Below are positions 1-11,846 of a stretch of 64,000 bases of DNA, in pieces. A model generated the notes under the pieces. That model had not been told where the DNA came from, did no database searches, and saw only the letters and a list, made by a program, of their open reading frames with translations. This DNA is from Azolla caroliniana (Eukaryota > Plantae > Polypodiophyta), in contig JBHGNT010000006.1 in NCBI GenBank assembly GCA_043228905.1, positions 11,904,001 to 11,968,000 on the forward strand, read 5' to 3'. Both the position numbers and the translations under genes were made by a program. Each line of letters begins with the position of its first letter. Position 1 is the stretch's first letter.

Positions 1-3000
1 TTCCTTTAATCCATGTCGAACAAAAGGGAAAGTTGATGAAAGTACTTCACATTTCGACAATCACAAAGAACCTGGTGTCTATCGGACAAATCATCAACCA
101 GAGAATGCAGGTGCGGTTTACGCACCTTAGGTGCTTCATCGAGGAAGAGGGCCGGATAATTGCGCAAGGGCGCAGAGACGAGAGGATGTTCATCCTCAAC
201 ACCAATGACGTAGGCACCGCCTTGTTTGCTAAAGGACAAAAGACTGAATCAAAATTGATCTCTGGCACAAGCAGATCGGCCACGTCAACTACCAGAGGCT
301 TCAAAACCTGCAATTGAAACAGGTTGTTCTCAGATTGCCGAAATTCAGTGGCTTGAAGGCCTAAATATGTAAGCCTACCAACTGGGGAAGCAACATCGGC
401 TTCCATTCCCCACCGAACAAAACCAGATCTGTAACAAGCTTGGCTTAATCCATCCAGATGTATGGGGACCGACACTCATGGATCTACCTCATTGAGAGGA
501 AAAGTGATGTCTTTGACTGTTTCTGGAATCTACAAAGCTTAGTCGAGAGGGAAACAGAAAGAAAGATCAAGTGCCTACGGTCGGATGGCGGAAAAGAATA
601 CTTTTTTGGCCAATTCAATAGTTATTTGCAGCAAAGAGGAATTCAGAGAGAATTCAAGTGCCGATACTCACTGGAACAAAATGGTGTGGCCAAGAGAAAG
701 AATCGGTCGATTATCGACACGGCAAGGGCAATGCTGGAGGAGAAAAGCATGCCTAGGTTCTACTGGGCTGAGGTGGTCCGGACGGTTGTCTACATCCAAA
801 ACCGGATTAGAGATAAGGTGTCAGCACATGAGTTGTATTTCGGGTGGAAGCCGAATTTGAGACACCTTCGGATATTCGGTAGCATGGCATATGTGCATGT
901 ACTGGATGAGAAGCGGAGGAAGTTGGATCCGAAGTCGGAGAAGTGTATACTTGTTGGCTACTCACATGAACAGAAGGGGTATAATTGTTATAACCCCCAA
1001 ACTAAACATGTTCGAGTAAGTCGAGATGTCGAGTTTGATGAGTTGGCATCATGGTACTCTCTACCGACTCTAACTCCCGACAAAGACCCGATTCCGGAGG
1101 ATGAGGCTAGTGAACCCAGAGAGGTTTAGGTAGAAGATGAGGAATTCTGTACTCTAGAAGAGAGTCTGATCTCGTTCCGGCTGAGTGGGCCAAATGATGG
1201 ACTGAGTCAGAATGACCAATCAAATGAAGAATCGATGAGGAGTGGAAACTCTACTATGCTCTCCCTGCGCAAGGAACCGAGGAGATGGTTCACGCGCGAA
1301 GAGAAGGGGAAGAAGAAGATGTTGGGATACGAAACCGGCAATGAAAGGTCAGATCGAAGCGATATGACTCCGGAAAGGATGAAGGTGGAACTTCAGAAAT
1401 GAAGTCTGAACTGGCCAAGAAGGGCCTCAAACCGGCTGCTGAAAATTTGCGCCAGTCAACCCGCCAAAAGATCCTCTTAAAACGGTACAGATACAATGAG
1501 TACATGGCACATCACTATGTGTACATGACCAAGGTGGCGGAAGTGCGTGAGCCGCAGAGCTACGCAGAAGCAATGAAAGACGCAAATTGGCATGCTTCTA
1601 TGGAGGAAGAAATGCGGGCACTCAATGCCAACGACACATGGGACCTAGTTTACCCTCCTCATCATTGTAAACCGATCGGTTGTAAGTGGGTATATAAGGT
1701 AAATTACAATGGCGGCGGTTCGGTCAACTGGTACAAGGCCCAGTTAGTGGCGAGTGGATACGCACAGACGCACAAAATTGACTATGACGAGGCCTTCGCT
1801 CTGGTAGTGAAGATGACGACGGTTCGTGTGGTACTGGCTGTTGTTGCGGAAAGGGGATGGCATCTTCACCAAATGGACGTGAAGAATGTGTTTCTTCAAG
1901 GTGACCTTGAAGAACGGGTCTATATGATCCAACCCCCCGATTTTCAATTGGAGTTGAACAGGTCGGTAGTGTGTCAACTCAAAAAGTCACTTTATGGTCT
2001 AAAGCAAGCCCCCCGAGCTTGGAATGCGAAAATCACGCAACGGTTGCGTAGGATGCGGTTTGTGGCCTAAAAGTCCGACTCTTCAATGTTCATCCGAGAA
2101 GGTCCAAACGGTCCGGTTTGTATCCTACTATATGTAGATGATCTAGTAATCACCGGACCCGGACTCAATGAAATCGATCGAGTGAAGTCCCAGTTGTCGG
2201 ACGCATTTGAAATGAAGGACCTGGGGGACCTTCATTATTTTCTTGGGATCGAGGTGATCCGGACCCCCGATGGCATATTTCTCACACAACGCCATTATGT
2301 GTTGAATATTCTATACAAGTTCGGCATGACGGAATGCTGACCGATCTCCATACCTTTGAACCGGAACCTGACGCTACGTATCGACTCTGAACCGGCCTGC
2401 AATGAGAAACGGTTCCAAAAAATTGTCGAAAGCTTTATCTACTTGACAATCACTTGACCCGACATTAGTTATCTGGTCAGAGTGATCAACCAGTTTATGC
2501 AGAAGCCGACCGTGGAGCACCTTTAGTGCGTGCATCGAATATTGCGATATGTGAGCGGCACAAAGGACTAGGGATTGTTATACTGACACAGTATAGCTGG
2601 GAAGCTAGTAAGATATACTGATGCCAATTGGGCCGGTGATGCATCGAATCACCGATCCACCTCCGGTTATATGTTCTCTCTTGGTCGCGTGACTGTTGCG
2701 TGTAGAAGCAAAAAGTAGCCAACAATGGCTTTGTTGAGCACTGAGACTGAATATTGGGGCGCTACCATTGCCACCTGTGAAGCCATCTAGCTTCGACGAC
2801 TACTACAAGACCTCCGGATCAAGCTCCCGACCCCGATCCTGATCTACTACAACAATGTAAGTAGCATACAGGTCACCAAGGACCTTGTATTCCATGCTCG
2901 AACAAGGCTGAATATTAGGACGCTACCATTGCCACCTGTGAAGCCATCTGGCTTCGGTGACTACTGCAAGACCTTTGGATCAAGGTGCCGACCCCGATCC

Positions 3001-3102
3001 TGATCTACTACGACAACGTAAGTAGCATACAGGTCACCAAGAACCCTATATTCCATGCTCGGACAAAGCACGTAGAAGTGCATTATCACTTTGTCCGTGA
3101 GC
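1..3102 (+). mobile_element. Degenerate Ty1/copia LTR retrotransposon internal region (copy A): post-protease region, integrase, RT, RNase H
   Basis: ORF fragments in copia order: integrase (IKCLRSDGGKEY, EQNGVAKRKNR, RRKLDPKSEKC), RT (KPIGCKWVYK, HQMDVKNVFL, LYGLKQAPRAW, LLYVDDLV) and RNase H (YTDANW, KHVEVHYHFVRE). Many stops and frameshifts; truncated at about 3102; starts before the window. Confidence 0.93.
2746..3065 (+). repeat. About 160-bp tandem duplication inside copia RNase H
   Basis: ctgaatattggggcgctaccattgccacctgtgaagccatc...ttccatgctcgaacaa at about 2747-2905 is repeated with substitutions at about 2907-3065. Confidence 0.9.
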
Positions 3103-4438
3103 ATTAGTGAGCATACCCTTCACTAATGTAAATATTAGTGACCTACCCTCACCAATGTTATGTGTACATAACATACTCCCCTACTTTAAAAGATTGCACT
3201 CTTGCAATATGAAGTGAGGAAATTGTGCCTTAAGAGTATGCTCGTGTTCCCATGTGGCATCATCAATAGGTTTATCCATCCATTTGATCTTCAATAACCG
3301 AATCTCTTTAGAACGTAAATGTTTAGTACGAGAATCAAGAATTCGTTCAGGAACATGAGGTTTGTAAGAAAAATCCTCTAATGTTACAAGATCTTGGATT
3401 GTGATGGTGTTATCACCAGAGCCTAAAAATGGTTTTAGACAACTGGCGTGAAAAACAAGATGAATACCAACATTACGGGGTAAGGCAAGGTGATAAGCAG
3501 ATGGCCCAACTCGCTTAAGGAATTCAAATGGACCACAATATCGTGGGGCTAACTTAGCGCACTTGCCCGTAGACAATGACGTAGAGTCAGTAGGGACACA
3601 CAAAAAAACTTTTTGACCAACAGTAAATGCACGAGGACGTCTCTCCGGATCAACATAAAATCGAGCACGATCTTGAGTTGTCTTGACATTATCTTTGGCA
3701 ATATGCAACATTTGGTTCATGTCTTGCAAAAAATTGCGTCTACTGTCTAATCTATCACGATGAATCGTGACATGGACTGGGGCACGTTGTTGAAAACCAT
3801 ACATCAACATAAAAGGATTGTATCTAGTGGATGTATGTTTAGAGCTATTATAGGCAAATTCTAAGATAGGAAGGTATTGCTCCCACTTAGAAGGGGTTTT
3901 GTTACATAAACTCGAAGCACGTCCTCAATAATTTGATTAACTCGTTCAGTTTGTCCATCAGATTGAGGATGATCTACGGAACTCCTGCTCAACATAGTTT
4001 CTAGTTTCTTAAAGACTTGAGTCCAAAAGTCACTAGTAAACTTGGAATCTCGATCACTAACAATATCCATTGGTAATCCATAAAAACGAAATAACTCATC
4101 AACAAATTGATAAACCAATTGTTGAGCGGTTACCGTGGTTTTGGTAGGAATAAATCTAGCCAATTTTGTTAGTCTGTCAACGACAACCAAATGGCATCAT
4201 GACCCCTATGTGTACGAGGTAAACTAACAATAAAATCCATCGAGATACCTACCCATTTGTTGTTGGGAATATCTAAGGGATGTAAAAACCAACAACTTTA
4301 AGTCATTCCGACTTATTAATCTGACATTGAGAACATTCAACTTTACGTATTTATGCACGTAAGAGCGCATCTTAGGCCAGAAAAAAGTACTTGAGATGAG
4401 AACAAGGTGCGTTGTATTCCAGGATGACCCGCAGATGG
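3103..4438 (-). mobile_element. Chromovirus (Ty3/gypsy) 3' fragment: integrase, chromodomain, PPT and truncated 3' LTR
   Basis: Minus-strand ORFs contain GHPGIQRT, VVVDRLTKLARF, IVSDRDSKF, HPQSDGQTER, PRYCGPF and chromodomain KIKWMDKPIDDATWEHE. PPT AGTAGGGGAGTA is followed by TGTTATG at about 3173. Homologous to 17866-18900. Confidence 0.88.
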
Positions 4439-4700
4439 TGTCAGAACCAAGGATAAAAGATAGAGTGATGGAAGAAGGATAGAGAAGAATGGATGTATAA
4501 GATAGAGAAAGAAAGAGAATGGATACAAGATATGTAATGAGAGCTAAAGACTGGTGTTGATTCGAATTGATTTGAGAATACATGTATGCGCTTATTTATA
4601 GGTTCCTATAGAATAGCTTAGAGATTTCTAGAATGTTCTAGAATGTTCTAGACCTAGAATGCTCTTGAAGTAGTTAGTGAATCTAATATTATGAATAATC
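4439..4700 (-). mobile_element. Partial LTR (ends ...GGTTCTGACA on minus strand) inserted in the chromovirus integrase
   Basis: Abrupt TG junction at 4439, CT-rich R/U5-like sequence on the minus strand, TATAAATA at 4600-4593. The other end is not resolved. Confidence 0.6.
4625..4650. promoter_or_regulatory. Perfect heat-shock element (five alternating nTTCn/nGAAn units) about 25 bp upstream of the LTR TATA box
   Basis: TTC-ta-GAA-tg-TTC-ta-GAA-tg-TTC at 4626-4648; minus-strand TATAAATA at 4600-4593. Confidence 0.6.
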
Positions 4701-5575
4701 CACCCTTGTCCAATAAATTTGAAGTCCTAAGCCAATTAGAAGAGGAGTCAAACGAATAAGTCCGGCCAAAATAGGAGCCATTTGGTTGGACAACCCTAGA
4801 TATGTACAACCTAGTGTGGGTTCCATTTCTTCCAAGCATGTTAGTAGAGTCTTCTCAGCCCTAGTTCAAGTTAGGACATCCAGTTGTCAACTTCAAGTCC
4901 AAGCCCTCTTAGATACTGGAGCCAATTCTTGTTTCATGGATAGAGATTTTGCCCAAAAACACCAAATATCCTTGCATACACTTCCTTGTCCAGTTTCCGT
5001 AGTAGTGATTGATGGACGCCCCATAGCTTCCGGGAAGATATTTGAAGAGTCTGAGCCAATACACATACTCTTGGGTGATTTAGGATGTGTAGTTTCCTTT
5101 AACATAATCCGTAGTCCTGAGCATCCAATTGTCCTCGGTTTGCGATGGTTTGAGCTACATAACCCTAGAATCGATTGGAGGAAGCGAGAAATTAGGTGCC
5201 CTTTAGCAGAAAATATCATTGTCAAGGATCGAACTCGGGATTATCCTCCCAAAGTATATAGTTCTACCGATGCACCATATCCTTCTCATCAAATTTCAGC
5301 CATCACATTGCAACAATTGCACCAAGTGGGAGGCAAGGAGGACCTTTTCTTATTTGCAGTATCAGTGACACCTTCTAGTGTCACTCAAGGGAATTCAAAC
5401 ATCCAAATTCCCAAAAAATATCAAGACTATGCTGATGTTTTCGACAAAGTCAAAGCTAGTGTTCTTCCAAAGCATCGGCCGTACGACTGTCCTATTGATC
5501 TCCAACCAGGAAAAGAGCCTCCGTGGGGTCCTATTTACAATTTATCACCCACTGAGCTTGAGGTTCTTCGAGAAT
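4701..5575 (+). mobile_element. Ty3/gypsy (Tf/Tcn1-like chromovirus type) protease and RT N-terminus fragment
   Basis: ORF 4786-5577 has ALLDTGANSCF, IVLGLRWFELHNPRIDW and LPKHRPYDCPIDLQPG..PPWGPIYNLS; it is truncated before the RT core. Confidence 0.85.
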
Positions 5576-6460
5576 AGAGGAGAACCACGCGGGTGTGTCG
5601 ACAAGTACGCACAACGACAACAAGATGTTGTACACGGAGGGAGATAGGCCCCTTGGTAGTTGTGGATGAGGCGAGTCGGTGCGCAATGGAGGCGGCTGAC
5701 GGGATCAAGGAAGAAGGGACCGTAGTGATACCGACAACAATTCCGGACCCTCCGGAAACAGGGGGAGTCGAGGTGACAAGAACCGGCAAGGGAAATCCGT
5801 CGCGGAATGCTGGTATTGTGAAAAGAAAGGCCACAAGGAGAGCGAATGCTGGAATAAGTGCGCCGATTCAGAGAAAACCAGATCCGGATCCGGACAAACA
5901 GACAAAGGAAATCGGCAACGATCGCACTACGTCGAAGGATCTGAAAAGGCCGAAAAGGGGGCAACCTTCGTAACGAGACACGAGGCAAACTCGATGAAGA
6001 AGACCACCCCAAAATCGGACGAGGTGTGGTAATGTTGTCCGCCGGAATAGTAACCTACGGACAAAAGCGTAGGAATAAGAAATTATATAAGAGCATAACG
6101 CATGTAACGGTTCACGCAAGAAGCGTGAACGGCTAAATAGACCCTGCATATATAAAGGGCAGAAAACCTCTGATGGAGGTGCGTGTAATTTTGGGAATGT
6201 AAAGAAACGGTAACACTTTTGGCATGCTTGGTGATCTGTGTTTTCTCACAAACGAGCAACAATGAATGGATGTTTAGCCGCAGACGACCCAGAGAACCAA
6301 CACGACAAGACCGGCCAATAACAAGGTCCGTCACACGCCGCGCCTCAGTGACCCCAGTACTACCTGCCGTGAGTGCAAAGAGGATTCTTCGCTCCCCAAA
6401 TACCTCGACGAGACGCGGGGACCACGCTCACCACAGCCACCCTATGCCGTAGCTCCCACT

Positions 6461-9400
6461 ATGGCCTTTTCCTACCCCCGCTTTAACGGCGAAACCGACG
6501 CCGCAACTCATATTCGCATGTTCCTGAATGTCTGGAATGCAAACCACATGGCGCAGAATCTCGCCGAGACGGTGGCACACCAGTCAAAAATGACGGAGTT
6601 CAGATTAACATTAGATGGGCATGCAGCGTTTTGGCATTCACAGATGGATTTACCAGCCATAACAACCTTCGATCAGCTACAGTCCGCTTTCTTGCGATTC
6701 TTCCATCAGAGGGTTCCACAACGCGAGATTCTCGGGCAGTTTTATACAATTAAGCAACTACCGACCGAGACGATAGTGGACTTCAGCTTACGTTTCCAAA
6801 ATTTACGACGGAAACTGGAACGAAGCCCCGTGGAGGACGAGGCTCGGGAAACATTTCTGGTGGCTTTACACCGGCCCATCCGGGCAACGCTCAACAACAA
6901 TAGCATGAAAGGGGAAACAACGGATATGGTAATTGAACGAGTGTTACAGCTCGAGTTGGATGACGAGGAGGAAAGGTTTTCTATGTCCTCCTTACGACAA
7001 GCGTTACCTCAGGACGAGGAACGCCAGTTTCGTCAAGCAATCCAGTGCACCATTTGCTTGAACTCGGGGCATTCCGCAATGGAGTGCAATATGCGAATCC
7101 ACTGCCCAATCTCCCCCTCGAAGGCTCACACAGTCTACCAATGCGAGTACAATATGTTAAACAGAGCCACTCCCGCAGTCCGCAACATGGAGACACATCG
7201 TCAACCGCACCAGGCTGAACAAAGGAGGCAAGAAGACCGACCCCGGTATAAGGATCGCAACCCGCGGGAGGACCGGTACAACCGGAATTGCAGGAACCAC
7301 AACGATTCCGAGGAGGACAACCCAAAGGACGAGGATTATCGTGGACATCCGAGTTACGCCAAAGGGGGTCGGCGCTACGAGAATCAACGGCCGACAAACA
7401 AACGTGGTGCCTTCAATGGCGCTATCAGGGTAAGCCACGACAATATAGGGATCACCGGCGTTACGACGAAAGCTCGGGGGATGAGCGGCACCAGGAACAA
7501 CGACAGGACCAACAGCAGCCACCGTGTACGTTCCGACAAACGAGGCCGGACCGCGAAGAGCAAGTAGCACCAGGGGAGCGGCACACACCACCTGGAGCCG
7601 AGAAGGGAGAATCAAGCATCCATTGTTTTATTTGTCAATAACCCGGACATTATGCCACGTAATGCCCAACACGCAAGGGAAAGGGGCCCGCTGTCAATAC
7701 GATTACGGCGGAGGTGCAACAAGTCACGACACGCCAGCAAACAAAAACGGCAGATTGGGTTGCGCAAGACGAGGTACGCTGACAAGCCCAAGCGTGGGTG
7801 GAAAAAGCAAACACGACCAATACGGAACGTATGCGGCAGGAGTCCGCGAACACAATGGAGCGAACAGAGAATGAAAGACCGGGTTCGGACCCCATTTGGC
7901 AGGCGCTAGCAAGCTATGAAATAACGTTAACCATGGAAAAACTGCTACAACTAGTTCCACGCTTCCGCCAGACCATGGAAGAACGGGTGACGGGAATACC
8001 CGGGGCAAGGGTCGCCACAAACCTGAATGACGTTAGCAATGGACCATCGGTGGTGGATCAGCACAACCCGGCTATTACAATAATATTGCACGGACAGGAA
8101 GTTCCTAGATGTGTAATCGACGGCAGCTCAGGCGTCAATGTAATTAGCGCAAAAACTTGCAAGCAGTTAGGCATTTCAGAATGGGAGGCATGTCCATTCT
8201 GGCTCCGCATGGCAGATACCTGCTCAGTGCGACCGTTGGGGTTAATTCGCAAAATAGGCATCATCGTGGGCGGACACCGCTTCGACATCTTGGCGGTCGT
8301 CCTCGCTTTGGATGCCCCAGGAGCGTACCCGGTGCTTCTGGGCAGACCATGGCTTCGGACAACAAATATCAAGCAGAGTTGGCAACACGAGTGTATCAGT
8401 TTCCGGCATGGACGCACCAAGGTTTGCATACCGACGGAAGGCAGCACGCAGCAACCTAAGGGTATAACACCGTTATACGCGGAGGACATAAATATGTTGG
8501 CCGGGGTAGAGGATGCAGAATTGGAGGCATACCTCAACGAACACCCTCGGATTATTCCGCTGTTCGAAATAGATGTCATTGCAACCGCGACAGAATATGC
8601 CACGACCACTATTCCCGACGACGAGCCTTACGCACCAAACGTAGAGTCCATATTAGAACTCAGCAGAGCACGGGCGTCGTTCGAAAGGGAAATGGAGATT
8701 TCACTACGAGTCACTGCGTCCGCCCTCGAAGAAGTAAATGTGGGTACGGAATCAGAGCCCCGGCTCCTCTCCATCGCAAAGGAATTAAGGCCGGACCAGA
8801 GAGTCACGATGATCGCACTACTCACGGAATATAAAGATGTGTTCACTGGGGCTCACGAGGACATGAAGGGGTTAGATCCCAAGTTCTATCAGCATAAGAT
8901 CAATTTAGCAACTGATGCGAAACCCGTCCAGCAGCGCCGCTACCACATGAACCCCAATTACGCAACCCGCGTGAAAGAAGAAATTGACAAGCTCCTAAAG
9001 GCGGGGTTCATACGACCAATTAAACAAGTGACATGGCTAAGCCCGATAGTGGTCATCCCAAAGAAAAACGGCAAAATACGGGTATGCGTAGATTACCGAA
9101 AATTAAATGTCGTAACCATTACGGACGCATTTCCCTGACCCTTCGCCGAAGCATGCTGGACATCGTCGCAGGCCATGAGATGTACAATTTCTTAGATGGC
9201 TTCAGTGGCTATAACCAGGTACACATGCATCCCGAGGACCAGGAGAAGACGACGTTTGTCACGGTCTGGGGAGTATATGTGGCAGTCGTCATGATGTTCG
9301 GGCTAAAGACAGCGCCGGCAACATTTCAACGAACGATTACGGAGATCTTTGGGGAATACATTCTGACGTTCATGCAAGTTTTTCTAGACGACTTTGCCGT

Positions 9401-10783
9401 ATATGGGAAAACAATAGACCATTTTACGCACTTACGACTGTGCCTAGAACGATGCCGCACCGCACGCTTAAGCTTGAATCCCGCGAAATGTGCCTTCAGC
9501 GTGATGAGCGGGACTCTCCTAGGCCACATAGTCAGCAAGGAGGGAATAGCGGTCGACCCAAACAAGATCTCCACGATTACACAAGCCAAAACTCCGACAA
9601 ACGCCAAATCGCTTAGCCGGTTTTTAGGACAAATATGGTGGCATAGTCGGATGATACGGTATTTGGCGGACTTCGCCATGCCGCTACACGCTACCATACA
9701 TCGGACTCCATTCCAATGGATTGCAACGGAGGATAAGACCTATGAGGCACTTAAGATAATGCTCACACAGGCTCCCATCGTACAACCACCAGTTTGGGCG
9801 AAGCCATTCCACGTGTTCGTCGACGCCTCAGACATAGCAATAGGAAGCGCACTAATGCACCTCACCGAACCAAAATGGTACAAGCGAGTATACTACGCGA
9901 GTCGTAAATTGTCAGCAGCAGAGCGTAACTATTCCACAACAGAGCGGGAGGCGCTAGGGATGATCTATAGCATCAATAAATTCTGACACTATTTATTAGG
10001 AAGGAAATTCACGTTCCACGTGAATCATTCGGCACTACTGTATTTGGTGGAGTAACAAGCTCTGACAGGGAAATTGGCGCGATGGATGCTGCTGCTCCAG
10101 GAATTCGATTTCATAATTCAACACCGACCAGGGACGCAACACGCAGTGGCGGATTTTTTGAGCAGACTAGAGAATGGAGAAATAGTACAAAAAGACGACG
10201 AAGATTTTCTAGACGCCGACATCCTGCGAGTAGCCACAGTTGCAGAAAAAACAGAATCGAGCTTTCCGGACCAGTGGCTTATGGAAATGACGTACTTTTT
10301 AACTACAGGACTGCCTCCACCACAATTATGCACGGACGAGAAGAAACGACTAGTCGTCCGATGTCGTCACTTCTGCCTTGTCGAAGGCGTTTTATATCAC
10401 ACAGGAAGTGACGGCATTTGGCGACGTGGGGTCCGTCAGGATGAGAAGGAAGCAGTTTTATGGGAGGCACACTGTGGCACGGCAGGAGGCCATTACGCCG
10501 GCGACGTGACAGCCCGGATAGTATGGCAGGCGGGCTTATGGTGGCCAACAACGCATAAGGATGCATCCGAGTATTGTAGAAAGTGTGATTTGTGTCAACG
10601 GATGGGTCAGCCCGCGGAGGACGCAAGGATGCCACACCAACCCGTATTACCGCTAGACCCCTTCCAAAAGTGGGGATTGGATTTTGTAGGGACCTTCACA
10701 CCAGCAGCGGCCCGTACGGGCAATAAATACATATTGGCAGCCACGAATTACTACACCAAATGGGTAGAAGCAAAGGCATTGAG
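6461..10783 (+). pseudogene. Frameshifted gypsy gag-pol (gag with CCHC knuckles, protease, RT, RNase H, truncated integrase)
   Basis: CTICLNSGHSAMEC, VIDGSSG, VLLGRPWL, RVCVDYRKLN, LDGFSGYNQ, FLDD, VDASD, ERNYSTTERE, GGHYAG...CRKCDLC, WGLDFVG; ends at KWVEAKAL. Confidence 0.9.
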
Positions 10784-11812
10784 TGTTGTCCGCCGGAATA
10801 GTAACCGACAGACAAAAGCGTAGGAATCAAAAATTATATAAGAGCATAACGCATGTAACGGTTCACGCAAGAAGCGTGAACGGCTAAATAGACCCTGCAT
10901 ATATAAAGAGCAGAAAACCTCTGATGGAGGTGCGTGTAATTTTGGGAATGTAAAGAAACGCTTGATAATAGAATTCTATCTTCTCTGATTTTCTGTGTAT
11001 AGCTACGCCTAATTCAGTGTGTGTGTCTTGAATACTTAAGCGTTTGAGTACGTAAGTATAACCCCTGATAGGGATTCGGTTGTAGCCGTCTCCCCTTATA
11101 CATTGATAGGTTACAGGGGTTCTTCCCTTACGCGTTGTCGTAGTGTATTTCGTACACTACGTGAAAAAGTAAAAATAATATAAACGATTTAATTACATAT
11201 AAATAAATAAAATAAGAATATCAAAATATTTATCACGTGCATAGGGCAGGATTCAAACCCTGTACCTCCACGTAGCCAAACCTCAACTTTACCATTATGC
11301 TACCTTATCTTTAGTGTTCTATAAATAGATTTAATAACTATAAGTGCTTTATTTGCGCCTACCTTTATTAAAAGGTAAATCGTGCATTTTTAGAGTGTGT
11401 GAATATTTTATAGAAAAAACGCAAGCAACTAAAAAGTGACTCGTGCACATCTAGCGTGTATGAGCACTATATTTAGCAAATAAAAGCAAGGATTAGAAAA
11501 GCATCACATGCACATTTAGTGTGCATGAACATATTAGAAAAAAAGCATGTAGCTATGCTTAGTCTCTCCCATCACTACATAAGGATGGGGAGCACAATGT
11601 AATAGGCGTGTGAAATATTTGGAAATTGGATATATTTCCGAAAACACCAACCGATTAATATAATCGTGGGATTCACGAGATTTTTATCTTATAACTCTTT
11701 ATACCTATTCTTTACTAGCCTTATTTGTATTTTTCTTTTCTCCTAGTCCAAAACCCCGGTGGTTCCCACCCGACTCACGCAAACGATCCGGAGCCGAAAG
11801 GCACGACACAGT

Positions 11813-11830
11813 TGGTGAACCCGACGTGAA
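11813..11830 (+). other. Primer-binding site complementary to the tRNA-Trp 3' end
   Basis: TGGTGAACCCGACGTGAA is the reverse complement of the plant cytosolic tRNA-Trp 3' end (...TTCACGTCGGGTTCACCA, recalled). An identical PBS lies at 24658-24675. Confidence 0.85.
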
Positions 11831-11846
11831 GGCGGGTGGCAAGGAG

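Noticed and set aside
6160-6185. Hammerhead ribozyme or retrozyme core in the LTR (CTGATGG)
   Set aside because: It does not match CUGANGA...GAAA with the required stems; none was seen elsewhere by eye.
11238-11305. Functional tRNA gene
   Set aside because: A and B boxes are present, but the acceptor and anticodon stems do not form a cloverleaf. It is reported only as a tRNA-like module.
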